A stretch of 64,000 nt of DNA from assembly GCA_035221665.1 (NCBI GenBank), contig CM069172.1, positions 744,001 through 808,000 on the forward strand, written 5' to 3'. The position numbers and the translations under genes were made by a program. Source of the DNA: Okamejei kenojei (Eukaryota). This document shows, in pieces, positions 24,597 through 38,719 of this stretch. Numbering within the stretch: the stretch's first letter is position 1; the number at the start of each line of letters is the position of its first letter. Below the pieces are notes generated by a model. It did no database searches and was not told the origin of the DNA. It saw only the letters and a list, made by a program, of their open reading frames with translations.

Positions 24597-27053
24597 TCTA
24601 AAGACAATGGAGCTCAAACTGGCATCTTTAAACATGCGCAGTATAAAGAGCACTGCGCGATATGTTAATGCCTTACAGTACCTGGCCAAGGTCAAGGCAG
24701 ATGTGACTTTTCTTCAGGAGTGCGGGCTGCCACACCTCCGCTACTATCGGAGGTGGTCGCGATGGTGGCCCCACGGACTGTCTGTGTGGTCGGGGGGAAA
24801 TGACTGTCGTGCTTCCGGCCTGGGGATTTTGCTGCGGGGAGGAAACTTCACCATCACTGAGGTCAAGGTTGGAGGGCGTCTCCTCGTGGTTGATGTTATG
24901 TACCGTGGCTCTCTGCTCCGGCTGATAAATGTGTATGCCTCACCCACGCAGAGCGAGCGGCTGGCCGTTCTCCAGCAGCTTCCAGTGCTGCTGGCCACGT
25001 TCCGGCAGCTCGTCCTGGCCGGTGACTTCAACTGCATCATTGATGCGGCTGGACGATCCGGCAGTGCCGACAGCAGACTGGACAGCACGTCCAAGTTCCT
25101 GATGGAGATGGTAAAAGATGCAAAGCTGCGCGACGCCTTCAGCGACCCTGCAGGCGGGTCCCAGCCGCAGTTCACTTGGTTGAGATCGGACGGTTTAGCC
25201 CGATCTCGGATAGACTTTGTCTTCATGACAAAGCCCGTCACGGTGAGACACACTGACCTCACGCCAGTGTTCTTCTCCGACCACTGCCTCCTTCAGGCTT
25301 CCTGTCACCTACGGGAGGACCGGAAGGCAGGCAGAGGGACGTGGAAGTTAAACACAAAACTGTTGACCCCAGAGAATGTCGAGGAGCTAAAGAGGGACTA
25401 CGCATGTTGTAGAACGGTGAGGCCCCTCTTTGATTCCCCCACACTCTGGTGGGAAGCAACCAAGGAGAACATTAAGAGGTTCTTCATAATTAAAGGGGTT
25501 CAGAGAGCAAGACAGAGCCAGAGGGAATTGTGCCAACTCCAGACAGATTTGCAGCAACTGCTCCTTCTGCAGTCGAGCGGGGTGGATGTGAGGGAGGAAC
25601 TTCGAGAGTTGAAGGACCGGCATGCTCAGCTCTTCACCTCTGAATCCTCCAAGATCATCTTCCGATCTAAGGTCCGCCATGTGGAGCAGGATGAGACGTG
25701 CTCACGTTTCTTCTTCCATAAGGTTCACAGGGGGAGCTCTGTGATGAACAGCCTTAGGGAGGAGGACGGCACGGTAGCATCCTCACAGACAGACGTGCTG
25801 AGGATCTGCAAATCCTTTTACACAAATTTGTATGACCAAAAGACCACAGACAGTACCTCCTCCCAGAACTTCCTGTCCTCAATCACGGAGGTCTTGGAGG
25901 ACAGCAAGCGGGAGAGTCTGGACCAACCATTGACCCTAGAGGAGCTGACTGGCTCCATCCGTTCCTTTGACTCGAACAAAACTCCCGGAAGCGATGGCTT
26001 ACCGGCCGAGTTGTATTTGGCTCTGTGGGACTGGATGGGCCCGGACCTGCTAGAAGTGTACAATGACATGCTTCTAGCTGGTAGCATGTCAGACTCCATG
26101 AGGAAGGGCAACATCACCCTAAGCTACAAGCAGAAGGGAGAGATGAAGGACATAAAGAATTGGAGACCCATAACACTCTTGAATGTAGACTACAAGATCC
26201 TGTCCAAGGCCATCGCCAACCGGGTCAAGTCTGCTCTGGGACAGGTGATCCACCCAGACCAAACCTGTGCTGTACCTGGCAGGAAAATCTCAGACAGCCT
26301 AGCGCTGCTGAGAGATACCATCGCCTACGTGCAGGACAGACGGGTGGATGCCTGCTTAGTCAGCTTGGACCAGGAGAAGGCCTTCGACAGGATTTTGCAC
26401 ACGTACATGAGGGACGTGCTCTCCAAAATGGGTTTTGGGGAGGGAATCAGAAATTGGATCAAACTGCTCTACACCATCATCCGAAGTGCAGTCCAAATCA
26501 ATGGGCGGGAATCAGAGTTTCCCTGTAAGGTCTGGAGTTAGGCAGGGTTGCCCTCTCTCTCCAGTATTGTTTGTCTGCTGTATTGAACCTTTTGCTGAAT
26601 CCATCAGGAAGGATGCGGGCATAAGAGGAGTGACATTGCCAGGCAGTGGGGGCATTCAAGTAAAGACCTCCCTGTACATGGACGATGTCGATGCCGACTG
26701 GCCCGCTGCAGACTGCAGGAGTACGTGCTCAGGGACGCACTGAAGCTCGGTGCAGCCAACGCCAAGGCTCGGTGGGGGAGGGCCACTGTCTAAGGCCCTT
26801 CCGCCGCTGGACATGGGGGGTTCGGTATGGTGGAGACGCCCCTCAAAAATAAGGGAAGGTATCCCAGCCACTGTGCCACATGAGTGGCACGAGTGGGGGA
26901 CTGATTTGTGGAAATTTGGGGAAAAGAAATGTCTAAATTGTATTGATCTATTTGTACAGCCTCCAAAATGTCGGATGGATTTTCCGCAAGGTTAATGTAT
27001 TGTATATATTTATCATTTGAATAAAGTATATTTTGAAATATATTAAAAAAAAA
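24597..27053 (+). mobile_element. Tx1/Keno-like copy B (ORF2 start to poly-A, with internal deletion)
   Basis: Open endonuclease-RT frame at 24607-26541, then a frameshift and a deletion after YMDD. 3' UTR and A-tail. Confidence 0.93.
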
Positions 27054-27343
27054 TATAACATAAATAGATCTACCCGAGACGTTGGGTCAGCGGCGTGTGA
27101 TTCTGTTCAGCAACAGCGAGCGCGGAACCCTGCTCAACAAAGTCCCGCTGATAGCCCGGGCCTCCGCTGTAAAGGGATAAGAAACAGCTGGGCAAAGCAC
27201 ATGAAGGATTCACATGGTAACCAGGTCCGTCCGGGACACTGGAGTCCGTGGGGTCAGACTCCGCTCGGCAGCTGTGACTGCGGCGCCAGTTCTGCTAAGA
27301 AAGGCCGGGAACATAAAGTTAGAGGACAATAAACAGAAGGGCA

Positions 27344-27384
27344 CAGCTCTTTCCACTGCCGGATTGGTGGCTCTTAAAAGAGCC
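27344..27384 (-). terminator. Histone stem-loop and HDE (H3 copy 2)
   Basis: Stem-loop at 27369-27384; AAAGAGCTG at 27352-27344. Confidence 0.92.
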
Positions 27385-27407
27385 TTTTGTTGTCCTTGGT
27401 TCCGAGT

Positions 27408-27824
<417 letters not shown>

Positions 27825-28528
27825 TCAACAGTTGTATTACAGCCTGAAATAGAGGCACTGGAATGACGGAGCCGGCTCTGGAGCCGACTTTTAAAGCCCT
27901 GGTGAAGGGCCGGCCCACAGCGTGAGATTGGCTGTAGCAGAGAAGCAAACATGTCGTTCCCGCGCTGCGATTGGCAGCAGCTCAGTCAGCAACTGGTCGG
28001 CAGTTTCAGGTCTGAGGCCGGCGGAGGAAATATTATTTGTGACCAAATACAGACAACCAGTGAGGACAGACTGTAGTGTGGTTGGCTACTGGTTCAATTT
28101 CAAATTGCCCGCCAATTTAAATGCAAACTGTAATCGCCGTGGGACATATTCCTTTGTAATTTTGCAGTCATTAAATCGGAATATGCCATGTGGATTTACA
28201 GACGCGAGACTAGAGATACGCGGCTGTTTCCCGGAGAGGTTTCGAGTCGACTTCAGTGTTGCTTGATTAAGTAATGTGGTTAAGATGGGAACGGATCGCC
28301 TGGTGAATGAACTACTACAGGTCTCCGCTAACAGTTTGAACCAAAGATTATAGAGTATCTTTGGTTTGAACCTGCACAGTATCGGCCTAATCTCACCTTT
28401 CTTTATCTGACAACGGCTGAACCCTGGAATCAATCAGCGAACTCTGCATGCAGCGGTCGAAAAATAGTAATTAATTCATGATAAATTCTCATACTTCAGA
28501 TCAGTAGTCCCCCTGTGAAATGGTGGGC

Positions 28529-28544
28529 GGCTCTGAGAAGAGCC
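28529..28544 (-). terminator. Histone stem-loop (H4 copy 2)
   Basis: GGCTCT-TCTC-AGAGCC. Confidence 0.88.
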
Positions 28545-28571
28545 TTTGTTTAATCGTTTGGAGAAATTATT

Positions 28572-29096
<525 letters not shown>

Positions 29097-29288
29097 TTAC
29101 TGACAATACACCCGAGACTCAGCATTGAACAAACTTTCACAGGCACGGATTCCACATTAAAGGTCAATATGTAATATTACTGCCTAAATACTCCGACGTT
29201 ACTTTGTTTCCTTCCCTTTCATCTACAGAACCTGTTCCCTCTCCCCAAACCGCTTCTCCCTAGACCTCACCATCTCCATCGCAGGTAA

Positions 29289-29515
29289 CAGACTACTGAC
29301 CGCCATCTACTACACACCCACTGACTCCCATGGCTATCTGGATTACACTTCTCTTCCCAACCTGCTTCCTGTAAGGACTCTATTCCCTACTCCCAATTCC
29401 TCCATCTGCACCCAGGATGAGGAGTTCCAAACCAGGGGGTCAGATGTCCTCATTCATTCGGGAAAGGGGGATCCCCTCTTCTAATATAGTTGAGGCTCTC
29501 ACCAGGGTGAGAGCC
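29289..29515 (+). mobile_element. Penelope-like fragment
   Basis: Homologous to 35205-35330 (YY.PTDSH.YLDYTS). Confidence 0.7.
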
Positions 29516-32500
29516 TCAACTATAGAACCTCAATAGATAGTGACACTTGGTGCCCACGTGCCTTGGCTCTACACTCCACCTGATGCAGCCACACACGAAG
29601 GTTGCCATCAGAATGAGGGCGACGTTGGGCACGCTTATACCCCCGTTGTCTGCCGACTTGTACATTGTGGCCCGTCGCACCCGGTCCATCCTTGACCCCC
29701 AGATGAACTGGAAGATGGCCCGGGTGATCCCTGTGGCGTAGGAGGGAGGAACAGGCCACATTTGTGCCAAGTACAGCAGCCCCGAGAGCACCTCACACCT
29801 GATGACCAAATTCTTTCCCGTTATGGAGAGGGAGCATTGCCTCCACAGCTCCAGCTTCCTCCCCACCCTGGCTATCCGCTCCAGCCAATTTTTGTTACAT
29901 GCCTCAGCCCCCCCGAACCAGATCCCCAGCACCTTCAAGAAGTCAGGCTTGATGGTGAAGGGGATGGAAGATCTGTCGGGCCAGTTTCCAAAGAGCATGG
30001 CCTCGCCCTTCCTGCGGTTCACCCTGGCTCCCGTGGCCAACTCAAACTGGCCACAGATACTAATCAGTCTGCGGACCGACCCTGGATCCGAGCAGAAGAC
30101 AGCGACGTCATCCATGAACAGGGAGGTCTTTACGTGAATGACCCCACTGCCTGGCAATGTCACTCCTCTTGTGCTCGCATCCTTCCTGATGGATTCGACA
30201 AAGGGTTCAATACAGCAGAAAAACAAGACAGGAGAGAGAGGGCAACCCTGCCTAACTCCAGACCTTACAGGGAAGTCCGATTCCCACCGATTGATTTGGA
30301 CTGCACCTGTCCCAGAGCAGACTTGACCCGGTTGGCGATGGCCTTGGACAGGATCTTGTAGTCTACATTCAAGAGTGTTATGGGTCTCCAATTCTTTATG
30401 TCCTTCATCTCCCCCTTCTGCTTGTAGATTAGGGTGATGTTGCCCTTCCTCATGGAGTCTGACATGCTACCAGCCAGAAGCATGTCGTTGTACACTTCTA
30501 GCAGGTCCAGGCCCATCCAGTCCCACAGAGCCAAATACAACTCGGCCGGTAAGCCATCGCTTCCGGGAGTTTTGTTCGAGTCAAAGGAATGGATGGAGCC
30601 AGTAAGCTCCTCTAAGGTCAGTGGTTGTTCCAGACTCTCCCGCTTGCTGCCCTCCAAGACCTCTGTGATTGAGGTCAGGAAGTTCTGGGAGGAGGTACTG
30701 TCTGTGGTCTTTTGGTTATACAAATCTGTGTAAAAGGATTTGCAGATCCTCAGCACGTCTGTCTGTGAGGATGCTACCGTGCCGTCCTCCTCCCTAAGGC
30801 TGTACATCACAGAGCTTCCCCTGTGAACCTTATGGAAGAAGAAACGTGAGCACGTCTCATCCTGCTCCACATGGCGGACCCCGGATCGGAAGATGATCTT
30901 GGAGGATTCAGAGGTGAAGAGCTGAGCTTGCCGGTCCTTCAACTCTCCAGGTTCCTCCCTCACATCCTCCCCGCTCGACTGCAGAAGGAGCAGTTGTTGC
31001 ACATCTGTCTGGAGTTGGCACAATTCCCTCTGGCTCTGTCTTGCTCTCAGAACCCCTTTAATTATGAAGAACCTCTTAATGTTCTCCTTGGTTGCTTCCC
31101 ACCAGCGTGTGGGGGAGTCAAAGAGGGGCCTCACCGTTCTCCAACATGCGTAGTCCCTCTTTAGCTCCTCGACATTCTCTGGGGTCAACAGTTTCATGTT
31201 TAACTTCCACGTCCCTCTGCCTGCCTTCCGGTCCTCCTGTAGGTGACAGGAAGCCTGAAGGAGGCAGTGGTCGGACACGAACACTGGCGTGAGGTCAGTG
31301 TGTCTCACCGTGATGGCCTTCGTCGTGAAGACAAAGTCTATCCGAGATCGGGCTAAACCGTCCGATGTCGACCAGGTGAACCGCGGCTGGGACCTGCCTG
31401 CAGGGTCTCTGAAGGCGTTGCGTTGCTTTGCATCTTTTACCATCTCCATCAGGAACTTGGACGTGCTGTCCAGTCTGCTGTCTGCACTGCCGGATCGTCC
31501 AGCTGCATCAATGATGCAGTTGGTCACCGGCCAGAACGAACTGCCGGGACGTGGCCAGCAGCACTGGGAGCTGCTGGAGAACGGCCAGCCGCTCGCTCTG
31601 CATGGGTGAGGCAGCAAAATCCCCAGGCCGGAAGCACGACAGTCATTTCCCCCCGACCACACAGACAGTCCGTGGAGCCACCATCGCGACCACCTCCGAT
31701 AGCAGCGGAGGTGTGGCAGCCCGCACTCCTGAAGAAAAGTCACATCTGCCTTGACCTTGGCCAGGTACTGTAAGGCATTAACACACCACGCAGTGCTCTT
31801 TATACTGCGCATGTTTAAAGGTGCCAGTTTGAGCTCCATTGTCTTTAGAGTCACTGACCATTTCCATGTCCCCTCATTCCCACCGCTTCGGTGAATTGCC
31901 TCAGATTTCCTGGGCTCAGGAATCCAACGGTGAGGTGAGTTTCAGGTGGCGTAACCAAAGGTGTCGTTGTGGGGGGGCCTTCTCGTTCCACCCCCTTTTG
32001 GGCATGCCGCTTCCTTTGTCTCCTGTAGCTGGGACCGAATGGCCTCTGCGCTGCTCCCGGTCGCCCGGAGCTGGGGTCCACTGGCCGCTGTGATGATCCC
32101 TGTCTCCAGGGGCTGGAACCCCTCGACCACTGCGCTGCTCCCGATGTCCTGGGGTTGGAGCCCCTCGACCGCTGCACTTCTCCCGATGTCCTGGGGCTGG
32201 AACCCCTCGGCCACTTCTCTGCTCTCGGTCTCCTGAGGCTGGGAGGTGATCGTTGTGGCCTCTCTCTTTTCATCCCCCGTTTTCTTCCTCTGCCTCCCTC
32301 GTTGGGACTTCCCGGTCACCTCATCCTCCGACGAGGAGGAGAGGTTGCTGCCTTCTGTAAGAGAAATATACCTTTTTTGTGATTTACTTTTTGACTTACC
32401 CCTCCTTTCCAGCCCTGGCTCTTTGGGCTGACCCCTCTTCCTGTACTTCACCGTTGTCCATTTCTCCTGCTGTTCCCCCTCCTCCATCGACTCTCCCTCC

Positions 32501-33554
32501 TGGGCAGGATGCTGGTCGTCTCCTTCTGGCACTTGGGGCCTCAAGGTGGTTGGGCTGTCCTCATCTGTGTTCCCTCTTTCTGCTGGGGTCTTAGCAGTGG
32601 TGGGGGGTGCCTCGCCCCCCCCCTTTGGGGTGCTGGCAGCAGCTCCTCTTGTTGCCTGTGCGTAGGTGCAGGCTCTTTTAGGGCAAGCCCTGTAAAGGTG
32701 GCCTGCCTCCCCGCACAGGTTGCAGTTCTTGCTGGCCTGACAGTCCTTTGTCTCATGGCCCTCCATCTTGCAGTTTTTGCAGACACCTGCAGTGCATTGG
32801 GCCATCACATGCCCAGGCTTGTTGCATTTCCTGCACAGCCTGGGTTGCCCTACATAGCTCAAGTATCCTTGGTTTCCTCCAATCGCGAAAACCAAGGGGG
32901 GGTGGACGATTTCTCCATCCTTGTCCACCCTCAGCTTTACCTTGACTTGCCGCTTGCTGGTCCAAATCCCGTGCACGTCCTTCACATCCACACAGTCTCC
33001 TGTTCCCTCAACGTAGCGAGCAAGGAAGGTGAGGACATCTACTACGGGCACATGTGGGTTAAACATGTGCACCGTAATGAACCTTTCCTTCTGGGTGGGG
33101 AGGGTGAAGAGCGGCTGCACTTTCAGCAGAGACAGCGGAGCTTCATTTCCCCTCTCCCGGAAGGCTTCCATCACCTTCAGCCATCCCGTTGGATACTTGA
33201 AGGTAACGTCAAAATATCCGTTACCCGGAAAATCCTGGAGGCAGTAGATGTCCTTGGCCTCAAATTTGCAGGCCTCTAGCAAGACCTTCTTCACGAACAG
33301 GTCTCGTGAGAAGGGGGTCCCCTTGCTGAGGTCCTTGACGCTTATTCGCAGGGTATTCCGAATACCCTGCACTCCTGCTCCTGCTAACATTGTGGTTGAA
33401 TAAGGTGTTAGGTTGGTTTCCCAACCAGCATGGATCCACCGCTAAGCCTGCAGCCGACCGACTCCTCTACGATTTCGCTCCGCAATCCACGGCCCTTGTC
33501 GCCAAGGGACAGCCAGAACTGTTCTAATAAGAACAGATAGTCTCTTTCACTCAG
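29516..33554 (-). mobile_element. Tx1/Keno-like copy C (5' end present, 3' truncated)
   Basis: ORF1 from 33390 with three CCHC knuckles. ORF2 endonuclease/RT pieces down to about 29520. Highly similar to copies A and B. Confidence 0.93.
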
Positions 33555-33608
33555 AACTGATAAGAACAGATACTACACTTGATCTTAGCCAAAAGGCCGA
33601 GAAGCGAT
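33555..33608 (-). pseudogene. RNU2: U2 snRNA nt 1-54 as head of Tx1 copy C
   Basis: Exact reverse complement of U2 nt 1-54. The flank is histone spacer, not a U2 promoter. Confidence 0.95.
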
Positions 33609-34103
33609 GTTATAAATCTCATAACGACTCAAAATGTGTGTACACGACCCGAGCAAACCATGCCGGCTGATTGCACTTCGGCCCCATTGTGGAGCACTCT
33701 GCTTTCAGCGACAACAAACACCAATAAAGCGTGAAAAAGAACCGTCGGCCCCGCAGATATTGCATCAACCCACTCAATTTTAAAGAATGCAACATCGAAA
33801 TTCAAAACACTTTATATTTCTGTCATTAATGATAAGATTTACATAATTTACGTTATACAGGGATTGCAGTGTTTCACATATCAGCTAACCATTGAAAGTG
33901 AAGTAAAATTCAATGCATTTCAAACAATGATAGCCCCACCCCTGCTTAACTTAAAGGAGAAAATGTCCAACGTATATACAATAATAAATCAATTGTCATT
34001 TGCAATATTTTAAGCACGGGGAGCGGTTCTGAACTGGCACCGCAGTCACAGTTGCCGAGCGGAGTCTGACCCCACGGGCTCCAGTGTCCCTGACGGACTT
34101 GGT
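33609..34103 (+). repeat. Duplicated histone-unit spacer fragments
   Basis: 33609-34010 matches about 9948-10360; 34031-34103 matches about 9593-9664. Confidence 0.85.
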
Positions 34104-35620
34104 TACCCCACCTCAACTAGTTCTGGGTCCACCAGGAGGTAGAGCTTTTATTCCGTCGCCTCGCCTCCGTGCTTTTTTCTATGGGAAGGAGTCTTCGCCA
34201 CCGAGTGATGACCCTTTTTCCCGTCTCCACCGGTCCCCCTCCTCTTGGACTCCGCAGAACTGCCTCTACCCTCTCTTTATTTCTAACTGCTGGAATGACA
34301 TCAACCATCTCAACTTTTCCACTCCCCTCACCTATTCCAACCTCACCCCCTCTGAACATACAGCCCTCCGCTCACTCTGCAGCAACCCTGTCATTATTAT
34401 CAAACCTGCCGACAAGGGAGGTGCCGTGGTAGTCTGGCTCGCTGACCCCTACCGGGCTGAGGCCAGGTGACAACTCTCAGACCCCTGTCAGCCTTCCACA
34501 GCCTCCAAACTTATCGTTTCCCAGCCCTGCACAGCCCGTTTTTACCTTCTCCCTAATATCAATAAACACATTGCCCCAGCAGACTCTTAGTTTCTGCTTG
34601 CCCCTGTCACACGAACATGATTTCCACATACCTCAACTCCATCCTATCCCCCCTGGTGCAATCTCTACCAACCTATGTCCAAGATATCTCACATGTCCTT
34701 CTCTCTTTAATAACTTCCGCTTTCTGAACCCCCACTCCCTCATCTTTACAATGGACGTTCAGTCACTCTACACATCCATCCCCCACTTGGAAGGCCTTAA
34801 AGCCTTCAGTTTCTTCCTCGACCGCAGAACCATCCAATTTCCCGCTACTAACATTCTACTCCGCCTGGCAGAGCTGGTCGTCACCCTTAACAAATTCTCC
34901 TTTGACTCCTCCCACGTCCACCATGGCATGGGTATGGACACCCGCATGGGCCGCAGCTATGCCTGCGTCTTTGCAGGGTATGTTGAACGATCCCTGTTCC
35001 AGGCATACACTGGCCCTATCCCCAAACGCTATCTCCGTTACATTGATGACTGCATCGGTGCTACCACCTGCACCCATGCAGAACTCATGGACTTCATCAA
35101 CTTCACCACCAATTTTCATCCTGCACTCAAATTTACTTGGACCATCTCCAACATTTCCTTCCCCGTTCTTGATCTCACACTCTCCATCACAAGAAATTTT
35201 GACCAACATCTACTATAAAGCTACTGACTCCCACAGTTATCTTGACTACACTTCTTCCCACCCTTCTTCTTTTAATGACTCGATCCCCTCCTCCCAATTC
35301 CTCCATCTATGCCGCATCTGTGCCCAGCACGATATTTTCCACAACTCCACTCTCTCCTCTCGTAACAAGGACAGAGTCCTCCTTGTCCTCCCCATCCACT
35401 CCATCAGCCGTCACGTGCAACTTTTAACCCTCCAACATTTTCGCCACCTCCATAGGGATTCCACTACTGGCCATATTTTCCCATCTCCACCCCTTTCTGC
35501 TTGCTGCAGAGAATGTTCCCGTAATTCCGTCCAAATTCCTTGGTCGAACTCCAGTCAGGTGAGGCAGCAGTTCCTGCACCTCCTCCAATCTACTGCATCC
35601 GCCCTCCCGAGGTAGATCGT
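34104..35620 (+). mobile_element. Penelope-like element RT remnant
   Basis: IKPADKGGAVV, MDVQSLYTSIPH and YLRYIDD motifs. Confidence 0.88.
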
Positions 35621-35634
35621 ACTTGTCTGTCTAA

Positions 35635-36191
35635 TTGAGATATTCCTGCTAAACGTGGAAGCAGAGATTTTTTTTATACGAGTCTGCAACAAGTTGAGCC
35701 TCAGAAGGGTCCCTTTATTTACCTCTTCCCTTCTCCAATCAGAGTCTGAGGTGCACAATCTGTAGTTACATCCCCCCAGTACCTCCCACATCATACATCG
35801 CATGTCCAGACATGTGCATGGTAATGAGCAGTTTCTTGACCAGGGGTGTGTTGTAATATTAATTTATTTTATTAAGCATGCTCAGTTGCTCATGACCTAC
35901 CCTAGTTTTACTCACCTCCAAGTGAACTCTCTCAGTCATCCTATATCAGCACTAAAGCTAAGCTATAGTGACAAGGGTCCCATCTATCACTCCCTTCTAC
36001 TGATAGGGGTCTATCTACATCACTCCCTTTTACCGCTATACAATGCGATCACTTCTTACTCAAGCATGGGTCTGGTAACTTTTGATACACAGCTGTGTCA
36101 GAACCCTCTCCCTGGCCCCTATCAGTTTGAATCCTCTTTAAAGCCCCTTACAAACCTCACATAGAGGGGTTTAATCACTTTATCCCTCACA
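35635..36191 (-). mobile_element. Solo LTR, partially deleted
   Basis: Homologous to 14194-14817; ends in CCCTCACA. Confidence 0.8.
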
Positions 36192-36725
36192 TTAACCAAG
36201 CTGATCTCCCGGTGGACCAGCACTTCAACTCCCCCTCCCATTCCCAACCTGACCTTTCTGTCCTGGGCCTCCTCCATTGTCAGAGTGAGGCCGTGAGAAA
36301 TTGGAGGAACAGCACCTCATATTTTGCTTGGGTAGTTTATACCCCAGCGATATGAATGTTGACTTCTCTAACTTCAGGTAGCCCTTGCTCGCTCTCTCCT
36401 TTCCCTCCAACTGCCCAGTCCTCCCACTAGTCCCACTGTCCCCACCCACCTTATCATCAGTCTGAAGAAGGATCTCGACCCGAAACATCGCCAATTCCTT
36501 CTCTCCATAGATGCTGCCTCACCTGCTGAGGTACTTTCCCCTGCAACAGCAGAAGATGCAACACATGTCGCTATACCTCCTCCCTCGTCTCTGATCAGGG
36601 ACCCTATCAGTCCTTTCAGGTTAGGCAGAGGTTCATTTGTACATCTTCCAACCTCATCTACTGTATCCATTGTTCAAGATTTTGGACTATTATATATCGG
36701 TGAGACCAAACACAGACTGGACAAT
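36192..36725 (+). mobile_element. Penelope-like 3' fragments with a hammerhead-like core
   Basis: LEEQHLIF..G GIY-YIG tail; CTGAAGAAGGATCTCGACCCGAAAC at about 36462. Confidence 0.7.
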
Positions 36726-37100
36726 TGGCTCTCAAGACTGAATTTTCATGACTTTAACAATTACATTGATATTCAGACTCACTGTTTCATATTTTAATTA
36801 TCTTTGCGTCTGTCAAAAGCTTTTCTTGATAAGCAATGGCCGGCGGTGGTTACAGAAAGGGGGAGAGAAGGTGGGGCGTTAGGACCAGAGGGAAGGGAGT
36901 TACAGAGACAGGGAATTGGCCTCTAGGGGCTGTAGGGGAGAAGGTTATGGGCGGGGCCAGAGGGGAGAGGGGGTTACAGAGGGAGGTGTAGGGGCCCAGC
37001 GTGTGAGGGTGTGTGTGAGAACGGTGCACAGGGAACATCATGAAGTGTGTTTGTGTCGGTCCCCAGGTATGTGTGTAATTAATATATATATATATATATA

Positions 37101-38708
37101 CAGTGGCTTGCAAAAGTATCCATACCCCTTGAGCTTTTCCACATTTTGTCATGTTACAACCACAAACGTAAATGTATTTTATTGGGATTTTATGTGATAG
37201 ACCAATACAAAGTGCCACATAATTGTGAAGTGGAAGGAAAATGATACATGGTTTTCAAATTTTTTTACAAATAAATAACTGAAAAGTGTGGCGTGCAAAA
37301 GTATTCAATTCCCTTTACGCTGATACTCCTAAATAAAATCCAGTGCAACCAATTGCCTTCAGAAGTCACCTAATCAGTAAATTAGGTGACTTCTGTGTGT
37401 AATCTAATCTCAGTATAAATACAGCTGTTCTGTGAAGGCCTCAGAGGTTTGTTAGAGAACATTAGTGAACAAACAGCATCATGAAGCCCAAGGAACACAC
37501 CAGACACGTCAGGGATAAAGTTGTGGAGAAGTTTAAAGCAGGGTTAGGTTATAAAAAAATATCCCAAGCTTTGAACATTTTACGGAGCACTGTTCAATCC
37601 ATCATCTGAAAATGGAAAGAGTATGGCACAACTGCAAACCTACCAGGACATGGCCATCCACCTAAACTGACAGGCTGGGCAAGTAGAGCATTGATCAGAA
37701 CCGCAGCCAAGAGGCCCATGGTAACTCTGGAGGAGCTGCAGAGATCCACAGCTCAGGTGGGAGAATCTGTCCACATGACAACTATTAGTTGTGCACTCCA
37801 CAAGTCGGGCCTTTATGGAAGAGTGGCAAGAAGAAAGCCATTGTTGAAACAAAGCCTTAAGAAGTCCAGTTTGCAGTTTGCCACAAGCCATGTGGGGGAC
37901 ACAGCAGACATGTGGAGGAAGGTGCTCTGGTCTGATGAGACCAAAATTGACTTTTTGGCCTAAATGCAAAACGCTATGTGTGGCGGAAAACTAACACTGC
38001 ACATCACCCTGAACACACCATCCCCACTGTGAAACATGGTGGTGGCAACATCATGCTGTGGGGATGCTTTTCTTCAGCAGGGGCAGGGAAGCTGGTCAGA
38101 GTTGATGGGAAGATGGATGGAGCCAAATACAGGGCAATCTTGGAACAAGTCCTGTTAGTCTGCAAAAGACTTGAGAATGGGGCGGAGGTTTACCTTCCAG
38201 CAGGACAACGACCATAAACATATAGCCAATGCTACAATGGAATGGTTTAGATCAAAGCATATTCATGTTAAAATGGCCCAGTCAAAGTCCAGACCTAAAT
38301 CCAATTGAGAATCTCTGGCAAGACTTGAAAATTGTTGTTCACCAACGCTCTCCATCGAATCTGACTGAGCTTGAGCTATTTTTCAAAGAAGAATGGGCAA
38401 AAATTTCAATCTCTAGATGTGCGAAGCTGGTAGAGACATACCCCAAAAGACTTGCAGCTGTGATTGCAGTGAAAGGTGCTTGTACAAAGTATTGACTCAG
38501 GGGGGTATGAATACTTTTGCACGCCACACTTTTCAGTTTTTTTATTTGTAATAAAATTTGGAAACCTTGTATCATTTTCTTTCCACTTCACAATAATGCA
38601 CCACTTTGTGCTGGTCTATCACATAAAATCCCAATAAAATACATTTACGTTTGTGGTTGTAACATGACAAAATGTGGAAAAGTTCATGGGGTGTTTTGCA
38701 AGCCACTC
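37101..38708 (+). mobile_element. Tc1 transposon, Passport-like, full length, inactive
   Basis: TA flanks and about 200-bp TIRs starting CAGTGGCTTGCAAAA. Transposase at 37481-38495 ([19 protein letters not shown]) with stops and frameshifts. Confidence 0.93.
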
Positions 38709-38719
38709 TATATACATTT

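Noticed and set aside
31942-33390. Host ZCCHC3-like zinc-knuckle gene
   Set aside because: It is Tx1 ORF1: directly followed by ORF2, multicopy and frameshifted.
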